From Candidatus Nanoarchaeia archaeon (GTDB lineage: Bacteria > Patescibacteriota > Microgenomatia > Woykebacterales > RBG-16-39-9b): a DNA stretch of 64,000 bases. The number at the start of each line of letters is the position of its first letter. The first letter of the stretch is position 1. The stretch covers positions 6,779 to 70,778 of the forward strand of contig DATBWR010000013.1 of the NCBI GenBank assembly GCA_036514715.1, in the 5' to 3' direction. Positions 1 to 9,496 of the stretch are shown here, piece by piece. The notes below the pieces were generated by a model. That model did no database searches and was not told where the DNA came from. It worked only from the letters and a program-made list of their open reading frames with translations. A program made the position numbers and the translations under genes.

Positions 1-1028
1 TTAGTAGTTGTCGGCACAGTAATTAAAGCGTTTGCTAGACCAATTAAGAAGAGCAGGGCCAGAGACATTATCCTTGCTGCCAAATCAAGATTAACTTCCC
101 CCACGCTTGAAAGTAAAAGAAACGTTACCCCTAAGCCAAACAAACCGAAGTTGATTAACTTCCGTTCGTCAAAGCGGTTACCAATATGACCCAAAACAAA
201 CGACCCCAAGGCCATACCAGCAGTGGCTGGAAGAACTACAAAAGTGGCCACATACTTAACATCCAAACCCAAAACTTTGTCGACATAACCTGGTCCAATG
301 GCGGCGAGCATAAAAACAATCGTTGTTGTTAAGGTTAAGAAAAAGATTGAATCGCGAACCTTTTTGGTCGAAAAAACGAAAACAATTCCCCCAATAAATC
401 GTTTTAAAATACTTTGCTCACGTGCTGAAGATTCAGAACGGATACTCTTTGGCAACCAAAGATTTAGAGCCAAGGAGACAACAAAAAGCACAAAAATAGC
501 CCAAGTTGTCTGTTGTTCCCCCAAAATCCGCAAACTAAATCCTCCAATCAAAAACCCGACCACCAAACTCGTTTGGTAGCTGAAGGAAAACAAACCGTTA
601 GCCGCGATCAGCTGCCTCCCAACCACTAAAGAAGGCACGGCTGAGCCCTCTGCTGGAATAAAAAATAAAGTGGCCACTGAGAGGGCAAAGACGATCAGAA
701 AGACCAGATAAATTTGGCTGCCAAAAATAAGCAGTAATAGTATCGCCAACGCGCGTACTAAATTGGTGGCAAGCATTACCTTTTTCAGGGAAAGTTGATC
801 AACGTAAACTCCGGCAATATAACCAAGGAAGATACTTGGGGCCGTAAAGGTAAGAATTAAAAGACTCACTGCGGTGTTGGAGGCGGTTGCTTCGTAAATT
901 TTTAAAGTGAGAACAAAATAAAGAGCGTTAAGCCCAATTTGGGAAGTAAATTGAGCTAACCAAAGTTTAAGGAAGTTAATGTTACCAACAACTTCCGGAA
1001 AAAGCCCTCGAAAATACGGTGCAGTGAT
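1..1028 (-). CDS. MFS transporter (3' end runs off window; apparent ATC start)
   Basis: Manual translation ...NFLKLWLAQFTSQIG...GYIAGVYVDQLSLKKVML...NALITVPTTT; MFS motif A-like; frame open from 1043 to window start. Confidence 0.85.
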   Translation of the reverse strand, partial: MTAPYFRGLFPEVVGNINFLKLWLAQFTSQIGLNALYFVLTLKIYEATASNTAVSLLILTFTAPSIFLGYIAGVYVDQLSLKKVMLATNLVRALAILLLLIFGSQIYLVFLIVFALSVATLFFIPAEGSAVPSLVVGRQLIAANGLFSFSYQTSLVVGFLIGGFSLRILGEQQTTWAIFVLFVVSLALNLWLPKSIRSESSAREQSILKRFIGGIVFVFSTKKVRDSIFFLTLTTTIVFMLAAIGPGYVDKVLGLDVKYVATFVVLPATAGMALGSFVLGHIGNRFDERKLINFGLFGLGVTFLLLSSVGEVNLDLAARIMSLALLFLIGLANALITVPTTT

Positions 1029-1048
1029 GGTTTCTTTTCTCCTCTATT

Positions 1049-2482
1049 CTAAAAGCTCTTAAGTAAGGCAAGCAGTGTACGAATTCCAACTCCGGTCGGA
1101 CCTTTCGCTAGATACGGTTTTTCGGTTTCCGTCCAAGCAGTTCCACAGATATCAAGATGAGCCCAAGGGTTTTTATTGGCAATAAATTCCTGTAGGAAAA
1201 CCGCACCCGCAATTACCCCAGCACCTCGGGTTGGTGGGATATTAGCCATATCGGCAATGTCACTTTTCAGTAAATCTTTGTGCTCCGAATAAATCGGTAG
1301 CTGCCACAAACGTTCCCCCGCTTCATCTCCGGCCTTAACAACTTGGTCCACAAAATCTTGATCGTTGCCGAGAATTGCGCTAGCTTCTGACCCTAAAGCT
1401 GAGATTGTTGCACCCACCAAAGTGGCCACGTCAACGATTTTAGTTGCCCCAAGCTTTTGGGCATAAACTAAAGCGTCGGAAAGAACTACTCGACCTTCCG
1501 CATCAGTATTGAGGACTTCAATAGTTTTACCGTTGAGCGCGCGGACCACATCACCGGGTTTCAGGGCTCCACCGCCTGGTAAATTCTCCGTTAACGGTGT
1601 TACGCCCACAACGTTAACTTTAGGTTTTAGGATCGCCACTAACTTCAAAAACCCAATTACCGCGGCGGCTCCAGCCATGTCCATCTTCATCTCGTGCATT
1701 TTTTCTGATGGTTTGATGGAAAGACCTCCGGAGTCAAAAGTAATTCCCTTGCCAACCACACCAAGAGTGGGATAGTTTTTGCCAGCCGAGTATTTCAGAG
1801 CTACCAAAAAAGAAGGTTCATGACTACCGCGGGCTATACCGGCAAAGGCTCCCATACCGCGCCTGACGGCATCCTTCTCATTAATAACCTCAATATCCAG
1901 TTTGTAATCGCGGGCAATTTTTTTGGCCTCATTAACAATGTGGGTTGGGGTGAGGAGATTGGCCGGCTCGTTAATTAAACGGCGGGCCCAGTTGACGGTT
2001 TCTACAACATCTAAGGCCTCCTTAATCTCCCTTACCCCAATTTTGCCGACAATAATTAATTCTTCAAGTTTGCCAGCTTTATCTTTACCGGTTTTGTAAA
2101 TTCCCGGGTCAAACTCCCCAAGACCCACTCCTTCGATGATAAGAGCCGAATTTTCGTAAAGAGAGGCATCATACACCAGGGTCTTGACTTTGGATTTAAG
2201 AGCGCGACGAACTGCAGTTCCAGCTACGTTTCTAGCAATTCTTGAGTCAAAATCCTCTTTTTTGCCTACTCCCACAAGTAGTATTAAGGGTGTAGATTCT
2301 GTTGCTGGAATTTGAAAGGTCTCGTAGAGTTTGCCGCTAAAATCTTCAAGTTTAAATTCAGGCAGCTTTTTAAAACTAGCCAACTGTTCAACCCTATCTT
2401 TAGAGCTACTTTCGAGCACAGGAATAGCCACTGCTTCCGCAGCAACTTTATCAAGACTTAAATCAGAACTAGTTACTTTCAT
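1049..2482 (-). CDS. pepA: Leucyl aminopeptidase (M17)
   Basis: GKGITFDSGG, MKMDMAGAA, NTDAEGR motifs. Confidence 0.97.
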   Translation of the reverse strand: MKVTSSDLSLDKVAAEAVAIPVLESSSKDRVEQLASFKKLPEFKLEDFSGKLYETFQIPATESTPLILLVGVGKKEDFDSRIARNVAGTAVRRALKSKVKTLVYDASLYENSALIIEGVGLGEFDPGIYKTGKDKAGKLEELIIVGKIGVREIKEALDVVETVNWARRLINEPANLLTPTHIVNEAKKIARDYKLDIEVINEKDAVRRGMGAFAGIARGSHEPSFLVALKYSAGKNYPTLGVVGKGITFDSGGLSIKPSEKMHEMKMDMAGAAAVIGFLKLVAILKPKVNVVGVTPLTENLPGGGALKPGDVVRALNGKTIEVLNTDAEGRVVLSDALVYAQKLGATKIVDVATLVGATISALGSEASAILGNDQDFVDQVVKAGDEAGERLWQLPIYSEHKDLLKSDIADMANIPPTRGAGVIAGAVFLQEFIANKNPWAHLDICGTAWTETEKPYLAKGPTGVGIRTLLALLKSF

Positions 2483-2522
2483 TGGAAATTGATTTTAGCA
2501 CAAACCCACGCTCAAAAGAACC

Positions 2523-3635
2523 TCAGACTTTAACAATAACTTTTTCCAACTCTTTTGGGGCGTTGGTTAGAACCTCACAACCCTTCTCGGTTACCAAAAC
2601 CATATCCTCAAGCCTTACACCACCCCAACCGGGTTCGTAAATTCCCGGCTCAATAGTAATAACTTGGCCACTAGCTAACTTAGTCGTGGAGTGTTCGTTA
2701 ACGCGCGGGGCTTCGTGAACTTCAAGACCAACACCATGACCCAAACCGTGACCAAAAACAAACTTAGATTTCTCTTTCAAAAAGTCACGGGCTTGTCTAT
2801 CAACTTCCAAAGCTCGCCGACCAGCCCTAACCTTGGCAATTCCTCGGCTTTGAGCTTCCAGCACTAAATTGTAAACCTGCCTCTGCTTGGCGTTGGGTTC
2901 TCCTAAGAAAAGTACCCGGGAAGTATCACAAAAGTAGCCTTGGTAAACACAGCCCCAATCCAGTAAAACCTGGTCACCTTTTCTCAACTCACGGCCGCCA
3001 GCCGCATAGTGAACCATTGATGAGTTTGGACCAGAGGCTACGATAAAAGGTTCCCAAGCGTTCTTTTGGGCGCCCTTACTACGCATAAACTTCTCGATCT
3101 CAAAAGCAACTTCTGCCTCTGTCATACCAACTTTAACTTTGTTTTTGATGAAAGCAAAAGCCCCATCGGCAATTTCTACCGACTTCTTAAGAAGCTTTAT
3201 CTCTTCTTGATCTTTTACGCTTCGTAAATCCTCAAGCAGGTGCGCTACAGGCACAAGTTTCACACCGCGGGCATGTTTTTTAATTTCTTTAAAGAGAAAG
3301 ACTGAGAGGTCGTGGGACTCAAAACCAACCCAAGGCAATTCCTGATTTTTAAAAAAGTTGCCAAGAAATTCAGCCAACCGTCCCTTGTACTCTACCAATT
3401 CAAAGCCTTCTACCCTGCGCCCAACTTCTTCGGTGTAGCGGCTGTCAGTAAGAATAAAAGCCCGTCTCTCAGTTACCAAAAGATAACCAGACTCGCTGTC
3501 CCCCTGCCAACCGGTCAAGTAGTAGCGGTTGGCTTGGCAAGAAACTAAAAAAGCATCAAGGCCTTTACTAGTGAGTTTTTGGCGAAAAGTCTTTAGGCGG
3601 GTTGCTAAACTAGATGCTGACTGGCTGCGCTGCAT
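2523..3635 (-). CDS. pepP: Xaa-Pro aminopeptidase (M24)
   Basis: Creatinase-like N-terminus; HGLGHGVGLEVHE, EPGIY, GVRLED motifs. Confidence 0.92.
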   Translation of the reverse strand: MQRSQSASSLATRLKTFRQKLTSKGLDAFLVSCQANRYYLTGWQGDSESGYLLVTERRAFILTDSRYTEEVGRRVEGFELVEYKGRLAEFLGNFFKNQELPWVGFESHDLSVFLFKEIKKHARGVKLVPVAHLLEDLRSVKDQEEIKLLKKSVEIADGAFAFIKNKVKVGMTEAEVAFEIEKFMRSKGAQKNAWEPFIVASGPNSSMVHYAAGGRELRKGDQVLLDWGCVYQGYFCDTSRVLFLGEPNAKQRQVYNLVLEAQSRGIAKVRAGRRALEVDRQARDFLKEKSKFVFGHGLGHGVGLEVHEAPRVNEHSTTKLASGQVITIEPGIYEPGWGGVRLEDMVLVTEKGCEVLTNAPKELEKVIVKV

Positions 3636-4257
3636 TTTTCCTTGGGCGGCCTCGTGGTCTTTTGATAATCGGACCGATAGGAGCTGGCTTCCTCGGGCGT
3701 CCTCTTTTTCTTTTTATTTCGGAAGGTTGCCTCGGAGCGCTAAAAAGCCTACGAAAAACACTAAAAAACGGACCGTTGGGGGTTTCACCCAAAAGCTTTG
3801 TACTTTCTTGTATTGTCGGTAAGGCGACTGTTCCAAGGGCCGCTCCGCAAAAAGGGCACTGGGTCCAGGAAACCTCCAAACCCCGCTTACAAGAGGGGCA
3901 TTCTCTTTTAATATTAAGTCCGCAAGAAGGACAAAACAGAAAATCTTCTCTTACTAACGCTAGACAACTTGGGCAAGCATAAGCTCGGGACTGGTTCTCC
4001 AGAATTTTTTCTTCCATTTCGCGTACCTTTTGTTCTTCAATAGTGGAAAGTGGACGGACTATTAAGTACAGAACGAAACCAAAGATTGATCCAAAACCTA
4101 CCAAAACTATTGCACCAAAGCGAACAAACCAGTTTTTGGTTCGGCTAAAGATATCCATTGCCGTCCAGACAGTCAAGGCGATCCACATGACGATGATATA
4201 ACCGAGTAAAACGGCACTAACTAAACTATTAGAAAGAAAATCAATAAAAGCAGCCAT
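3610..4257 (-). CDS. Membrane-anchored double zinc-ribbon protein with two AT-hook-like motifs
   Basis: Likely start MAAFIDF at 4257; two TM helices, four CxxC pairs, KRKRGRPRK and KRPRGRPRK. Confidence 0.8.
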   Translation of the reverse strand: MAAFIDFLSNSLVSAVLLGYIIVMWIALTVWTAMDIFSRTKNWFVRFGAIVLVGFGSIFGFVLYLIVRPLSTIEEQKVREMEEKILENQSRAYACPSCLALVREDFLFCPSCGLNIKRECPSCKRGLEVSWTQCPFCGAALGTVALPTIQESTKLLGETPNGPFFSVFRRLFSAPRQPSEIKRKRGRPRKPAPIGPIIKRPRGRPRKNAAQPVSI

Positions 4258-4326
4258 TTGAAACTTACTTAGTAGTTGTATATAATTTAAACCTAACTCA
4301 CTAGTCAAGGGCCATTTTTTAAACTT

Positions 4327-4767
4327 ATGCTCTCCACACCACACCTACTAGTCGGTGCGGCCATTATCAAGGCTGTTCCCGAACCCACTATTTCTTTGCC
4401 GCTAGCCCTCTTGAGCCACTTTGTTTTGGACTCCATACCTCATTGGGATGGCTCCCCTCAAGCACCTTTTAGCTTGAAAGCCTCTTCTGCAATCATCATC
4501 GACTACGCCTTTGGGGCTAGTTTGGTTTTACTTTTCTCGGTTGGTTTTGAGAACCAGTACCTAATTTGGCTTGGGGCTTTCTTAGGCACTCTTCCGGATT
4601 TTCTTTTAGGAACCTATAAGCATTTAGAAAGCTTTTTTTCTCGCTGGAGCTTTATCCGTATTCCCAACGAGTTTCACATGAGTATCCAACGCAATATTCC
4701 CTTTAAAGAGGGTCTCGTTGTCTCTACCCTAACCAGTTTACTAGCGATCTTTGTTCTCCTTAACTAA
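4327..4767 (+). CDS. Membrane protein, metal-dependent hydrolase-like
   Basis: HLLVGA...SHFVLDSIPHWD...LPD...FH pattern in hydrophobic helices. Confidence 0.6.
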   Translation: MLSTPHLLVGAAIIKAVPEPTISLPLALLSHFVLDSIPHWDGSPQAPFSLKASSAIIIDYAFGASLVLLFSVGFENQYLIWLGAFLGTLPDFLLGTYKHLESFFSRWSFIRIPNEFHMSIQRNIPFKEGLVVSTLTSLLAIFVLLN

Positions 4768-4781
4768 TTAGAACCCCTTAT

Positions 4782-5345
4782 TTACGACTTAACTCTCTCC
4801 ATATACTCCCCACTCCGAGTATCAACTTTAATAACCTCCCCTTCTTTTATAAAAAGTGGTACTTGGATTTTCATATCGTTTTCTAAAACTGCTGCTTTGT
4901 AAGCATTAGCGACTGTATCTCCGCGGGCACCAGGAGGGGATTCAACTACTTTAAGATCGGCTGTGCGTGGTATTTCTACTTTAAGAACTTGATCGCCAAA
5001 AGTAAGAAGTTGGTAACTTTGGCCCTCCTTGAGAAACTTTTCGGCACCAGCCAAGACATTGTTGGGAACGCTAAATTGTTCAAAGCTAGATTTGTCCATA
5101 AAAGTGGGTCCAGAGGCGTCTCTGTAAAGAAACTGGCCTTCTTTTTTGGTTAGATCAGCTTCTTCAACTCTAGCACCCGAAATAAAAGATTTATCAGTAG
5201 TTGCACCGCTGCGTAAGTTGCGTACTTTTATTTTAATGGTAGCCGTTCCCCGACCCATTTTGGTGTGAGAATAATCTAGAACTTCAAAAAGATTACCACC
5301 TTCTTGAAAGGTGGTCCCGCTTCTTAAATCCGTAACATTAATCAT
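4782..5345 (-). CDS. efp: Elongation factor P
   Basis: KMGRG loop, IKVDTRSGEYMER; start MINVTDL at 5345 (the longer ORF call runs into the tRNA). Confidence 0.97.
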   Translation of the reverse strand: MINVTDLRSGTTFQEGGNLFEVLDYSHTKMGRGTATIKIKVRNLRSGATTDKSFISGARVEEADLTKKEGQFLYRDASGPTFMDKSSFEQFSVPNNVLAGAEKFLKEGQSYQLLTFGDQVLKVEIPRTADLKVVESPPGARGDTVANAYKAAVLENDMKIQVPLFIKEGEVIKVDTRSGEYMERVKS

Positions 5346-5348
5346 ATT

Positions 5349-5435
5349 TGGTGGGCAAGGAGAGAATCGAACTCTCAAGGTGTTGCCACCATAGGTTTTT
5401 GAGACCTACGCGTATACCAGTTCCGCCACTTGCCC
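5349..5435 (-). tRNA. tRNA-Leu(CAA), CCA encoded
   Basis: GGGCAAG acceptor stem, anticodon loop CTCAAAA, long variable arm, GTTCGATT T-loop, 3' ACCA. Confidence 0.96.
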
Positions 5436-5521
5436 AGGAAATAACTTCCAGATTATACAAAAATGAAGCTAAACTTGCAATAAGAAGGTATAATTCCCTC
5501 AACAAAAGAAGGAGAGGAAAA

Positions 5522-5758
5522 ATGCCCGTTAAAGTTTACGTCTTCGTCATTACCGACGCGGGACACACTAAAAAGGTGTTCGAAGCTCTGAAAGAGGTGC
5601 CTGGAGTAACCGAAATTCATGAGGTCATGGGTCCTTACGACATCATTGTCGAACTCGAAGCACCCAACCTCGTGGATGTTCCGCCGATCCTATCGAAAGA
5701 GATCAGAACGATCCCTGGTGTTCAGACTACTACCTCGCTGGTTGCCTTCCCTGATTGA
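5522..5758 (+). CDS. Stand-alone Lrp/AsnC ligand-binding (RAM) domain protein
   Basis: Start MPVKVYV after AGGAGAGG; EIHEVMGPYDII and IPGVQTTTS motifs; no HTH. Confidence 0.85.
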   Translation: MPVKVYVFVITDAGHTKKVFEALKEVPGVTEIHEVMGPYDIIVELEAPNLVDVPPILSKEIRTIPGVQTTTSLVAFPD

Positions 5759-5779
5759 ACTGAAGCTTGGATTATACCC

Positions 5780-5816
5780 AACGTGTCTTTCTCTCTTGAA
5801 GGCACGTTTTCATTTT
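5780..5816 (+). terminator. Intrinsic terminator
   Basis: AACGTGTCTT...AAGGCACGTT stem plus T-rich tail. Confidence 0.7.
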
Positions 5817-7164
5817 AGACACGGGCGCGCTCTACTGGGAAGAAGCGGCGGCGCTCGCCGATGAACTTTAGATCCATTTCACCAAGAGGTCCTGAGCGGT
5901 GTTTAGCGATCGACAGTTTAACGTTTTCGAAATCTTCCGGATCTTCTCGGTACAAAAACATGACCACGTCCGCATCTTGTTCAATGCCACCTGACTCTCG
6001 TAAATCGGAAAGTTGCGGGATTTTGGCTTGGCGGCTTTCTACGGCTCGAGAAAGTTGAGAACAAGCTAGCACCGGAATCTTTAGTTCGCGGGCCAAATTC
6101 TTCAAGGCCTGAGAAATTTCACTAACCTCCTGTACTCGGTTCTCCAAGTCCCGACCGTGAATTAACTGCAAGTAATCAACAATTAAAAGCTTCAGCCCCT
6201 CTTCCATTTGCAGACGGCGGGCCTTAGTGCGCATTTCCATGATAGAAATCCCAGGCGTATCATCAATAAAAATCGGCGCTTCAGCTAGCTCCCCCATTGC
6301 TTCGGAAAGTTTTTCAAAATCTTCTTCTTTCAGATTTCCAGTGGTAATTTTCCAAGCATCAACATCGCTTTGGGAAGCTAACATTAAGTCCACGAGCTGC
6401 TCTTTACTCATTTCCAAAGAAAATACTCCAACTGGTACTTTCTCCTTCACCCCTAAATACTGGGCAATGTTCATTACCAAAGTAGATTTTCCCATGGAGG
6501 GTCTAGCGGCTACTATTACTAAGGTTGAATCCTGCAAACCGGAAAGTTTTTTATCAAGATCGCCAAAACCAGTGGGTACCCCTCGCATCCCGCTACCTTT
6601 TTTGTGCAACTCGTCCAGGCGGTCAAAACTTTCTGCTAGGGCGTCTTTCAGGGGAATAAAGTTTTGTTTGAGGTGGTCTTGGGAAATACCAAAAAGCTCC
6701 TGTTCGGAAAGTTCGAGCAGATCTTTAGCCTCAGTATCAGGGGTAAAAGCCCTTTCCGTCATTTTGGCAGCAGTGGCGATTAGAGCCCGTTTTGTGGCTG
6801 CCTCTTTGACAATATTAGCGTAGTGTTGAACGTGGGCGCTGGTTGGAACGCTGTTTACTAAATTAGTCAGGTAACTAGCTCCACCAGCTTCTTCAAGAGA
6901 GTCAGTCTTTTTGAGAACATCGGTTACAGTCACTAAATCAGCTGGCTGTCTTTTTTCGTAAAGAGTAAGAATGGAGCGGTAAATTTCCGCGTGGGCCGGG
7001 CGGTAAAAATGTTCGGGTTTTAAACTTTCCGCGATCTTTACAATAGCGTCGCGGTCGATAAGCAAACTGCCTAAAACCGATTGTTCGGCCTCCACGTTCT
7101 GCGGAGGAATTTTACCTTCGAGCGAAATTTTAGTATCACCTTTAACTGTAGGTTTGACAGCCAT
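5815..7164 (-). CDS. dnaB: Replicative DNA helicase
   Basis: PPQNVEAEQSVLG, AARPSMGKS, IVDYLQL, LSDLRESG. Confidence 0.98.
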   Translation of the reverse strand: MAVKPTVKGDTKISLEGKIPPQNVEAEQSVLGSLLIDRDAIVKIAESLKPEHFYRPAHAEIYRSILTLYEKRQPADLVTVTDVLKKTDSLEEAGGASYLTNLVNSVPTSAHVQHYANIVKEAATKRALIATAAKMTERAFTPDTEAKDLLELSEQELFGISQDHLKQNFIPLKDALAESFDRLDELHKKGSGMRGVPTGFGDLDKKLSGLQDSTLVIVAARPSMGKSTLVMNIAQYLGVKEKVPVGVFSLEMSKEQLVDLMLASQSDVDAWKITTGNLKEEDFEKLSEAMGELAEAPIFIDDTPGISIMEMRTKARRLQMEEGLKLLIVDYLQLIHGRDLENRVQEVSEISQALKNLARELKIPVLACSQLSRAVESRQAKIPQLSDLRESGGIEQDADVVMFLYREDPEDFENVKLSIAKHRSGPLGEMDLKFIGERRRFFPVERARV

Positions 7165-7171
7165 ATTTGCT

Positions 7172-7813
7172 TTAACCTTTTTGCATTAAAACTACCTGTG
7201 TTTCCTCTGGAAACTTATCCGCGTGAACAGAAAATTTGCTAACTGGTTGCACATTCTCTTTACCCATTTCCTTCAAGAATTTCTCCGCTCCTTCGAGCTC
7301 TGTAATTTTAGTTTGTGGATCGCGAAAATGCATCGGAATGATGATTTTTGGTTCAAGTTGACTAGCAACTTTGGCTGCAACAGAAGCATCAATTGTAAAG
7401 TGACCACCAACGGGGATAAGCAAAAGATCAACATTGCCGATCTCTTCAACTTGCTCGTTAGTTAGGGAATTTTGTCCGAGATCACCCAGATGGCAGACGT
7501 TAATTTTATCGATTTTTAGATTGTAAATGGCGTTTTTACCCCGCTCTGCTCCGCCCTTTTCATCATGGAAACTATCAACCCCCAAAATTTCCACACCCTT
7601 GACCTCGTACTCACCAGGTCCCCTAACCACAAACGGTTCTCCACCAACAAGGCTAGCTGCATTATGATCGTAGTGCTCGTGAGAGACAGTGACAATATCC
7701 GCCTCAACTTTGGGAAACTTTATCCCGATATCATCAGAATAAGGATCCAAAACTACAGTGGCAGTTTTACCTTTAATGCGAAATGAGGCTTGTCCTAGGT
7801 AAGTTATATCCAT
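7172..7813 (-). CDS. MBL-fold metallo-hydrolase
   Basis: SHEHYDHN, HLGDLG, IPMHF. Confidence 0.9.
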   Translation of the reverse strand: MDITYLGQASFRIKGKTATVVLDPYSDDIGIKFPKVEADIVTVSHEHYDHNAASLVGGEPFVVRGPGEYEVKGVEILGVDSFHDEKGGAERGKNAIYNLKIDKINVCHLGDLGQNSLTNEQVEEIGNVDLLLIPVGGHFTIDASVAAKVASQLEPKIIIPMHFRDPQTKITELEGAEKFLKEMGKENVQPVSKFSVHADKFPEETQVVLMQKG

Positions 7814-7873
7814 CGCCAAGAAATATTAACAACTTGAAAAGCAAGACGCAATAAGTAACACGTAAAAGTTCGT

Positions 7874-8332
7874 TTGTTGAAAAACTTGCTAAACTTTGTT
7901 AGTCTAGTTGTCGTGGAAAACGATTCTCCACCAACACCATCTCGATTACCGTTTCTGTTTGTTGGCCTGCTTATTGGTCTCTTTCTGGCTACCTTTTTTT
8001 GGGTTTTAGTAAAGGACGATGGAACCAGTGAGAAAGGAAGTGAAAAACCCAACGTTCTTTCCCTTAACATTAACACCCCTACCGAAAACCTAGCAACTTC
8101 ACAAAAAACTCTGACCGTGGCCGGTAGCACGGGAATAAAAAGTGTGGTAACTGTTACCGGACCATCCGAAACCAAAATAATTGACGCTTCCAGTGAAACT
8201 TTTTCGACTACTCTAGAACTAACTGAGGGGAAAAACATTATTGATATAGTGGTCTACGATCCAAAAAGTGGAAGTTCGGTTCACGAAACGCGGGAGGTGC
8301 TTTTTCTAAATGAAGATTTGAGTTCTCTTTAA
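7874..8332 (+). CDS. Membrane-anchored Ig-like domain protein (true start may be GTG 7913)
   Basis: TM helix then beta-rich LTEGKNIIDIVVYD. Confidence 0.6.
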   Translation: MLKNLLNFVSLVVVENDSPPTPSRLPFLFVGLLIGLFLATFFWVLVKDDGTSEKGSEKPNVLSLNINTPTENLATSQKTLTVAGSTGIKSVVTVTGPSETKIIDASSETFSTTLELTEGKNIIDIVVYDPKSGSSVHETREVLFLNEDLSSL

Positions 8333-8333
8333 G

Positions 8334-9035
8334 ATGACTAAAAAACTTTTGGCTACCAGCTTAATAATGTTCTCCGTTCTGATTACCCCGAAGTTAGCTT
8401 TTTCACAGGATTTTAGTGAAAATGCTCAAAAAAGGCTGGAAGAAATTGAAGCTAAAGCTGCGACCGCTAGCACCACTGCTACTTCCTCGGCAACCAAAAA
8501 AGAGGGCGAAGTAAGTTTTGTGGAAGGTACAGTTGCTGCTATCAACGGTACGGCTTTTTTAGTCAACACCGATGAAGGCTCACGGCTTATTTACACGACT
8601 GACAACACGAAATATTTTAATATTGACCCCTCGGGTAAAAAGTTAATCGGTTTTGGAGACATAAAGGTTGGTGAAACCATCATGGTTTTGGGGCTCTCCT
8701 CCCAAAGTAATTCCGGAACCGCCCGCATTATTGTCCGCGACACAGTTAAACAAATAACCACTTTTTCGGTTTTGGGGAAGGTGGTTGAGGTCAAAGACCC
8801 AAGCCTAACTTTAGAGAACTTATTGAGCGCAGATCTGCCTGCCTTGACTTTAACAACCAGTACCGACACCAAAATTCAATCTGGGGAAAAGACAATTGCT
8901 CTTATTGATCTTAAAGCTGGAGACAGGGTTGTGGCTGCCGGAACTATCGACGACAAAGGAAATTTTGTCGTTAAAACTATCCTGAGAATAAAAACTGCCC
9001 TCCAAGAACCCACTGCCACTACTTCGGCTCAATAA
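8334..9035 (+). CDS. Secreted protein with two OB-fold/DUF5666-like repeats
   Basis: Signal peptide; repeated G-x-V...DIKVGE / DLKAGD segments. Confidence 0.6.
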   Translation: MTKKLLATSLIMFSVLITPKLAFSQDFSENAQKRLEEIEAKAATASTTATSSATKKEGEVSFVEGTVAAINGTAFLVNTDEGSRLIYTTDNTKYFNIDPSGKKLIGFGDIKVGETIMVLGLSSQSNSGTARIIVRDTVKQITTFSVLGKVVEVKDPSLTLENLLSADLPALTLTTSTDTKIQSGEKTIALIDLKAGDRVVAAGTIDDKGNFVVKTILRIKTALQEPTATTSAQ

Positions 9036-9050
9036 AATTTGTCGAATGGT

Positions 9051-9080
9051 AAGATATATGAATGATCATTCATATATCTT
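9051..9080. repeat. Palindrome ATATATGAAT-N4-ATTCATATAT, copy 1 of 4
   Basis: AAGATATATGAATGATCATTCATATATCTT, a perfect palindrome. Confidence 0.85.
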
Positions 9081-9347
9081 TCGCAAAAGAGGTCTTTCTT
9101 CAATATGAAAGTCGACCTGCTTAAAACCAGGGTGGAGATGTACAGTCAGGGCTTTATTTTTATAAATCTTGCCGAAACCATCTGGAGCTGGTTCTGTGAA
9201 GACTTCTGAAGAAAGGCGAATATATTTCACTCCTCGATCCTCGACATATCTCCCACCACAGATCTCACCAGCTTCCTCAAATGAGGACGCCAGGATAACA
9301 TAATAACCAACACCCATCATTCGATAAACAACGTACGCTTTCATCAC
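9066..9347 (-). CDS. Hypothetical protein
   Basis: 93-aa ORF with AAGGAG RBS. Confidence 0.6.
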   Translation of the reverse strand: MMKAYVVYRMMGVGYYVILASSFEEAGEICGGRYVEDRGVKYIRLSSEVFTEPAPDGFGKIYKNKALTVHLHPGFKQVDFHIEERPLLRKIYE

Positions 9348-9403
9348 TCTCTCCTTTTCTTGGCAAGAATCTTAGCACGAGGCTAAATGTAAATCAATTA
9401 TTC

Positions 9404-9412
9404 TGCTATAAT
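9404..9412 (+). promoter_or_regulatory. Extended -10 promoter of hisS
   Basis: TGCTATAAT. Confidence 0.75.
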
Positions 9413-9431
9413 ACGCTCATGGCAAAAATAG

Positions 9432-9481
9432 CGGCCAATAGGTAGTTTCTGTGAAACTTAAATTTATTCAAATTACGGTCG
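9432..9481 (+). promoter_or_regulatory. Conserved structured 5' leader motif, copy 1 (hisS)
   Basis: CGGCC AATA GGTA GTTTC TGT GAAAC...TTAC GGTCG; homologous to 13054-13103 and 62844-62890. Confidence 0.75.
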
Positions 9482-9496
9482 ATATTTTGCAAAACT

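Noticed and set aside
298-579. Plus-strand 93-aa ORF and many similar short antisense ORFs in the track
   Set aside because: Shadow ORFs opposite well-supported genes
5346-5521. N-terminal extensions of the efp and Lrp ORF calls
   Set aside because: They overlap the tRNA-Leu gene; downstream starts fit better
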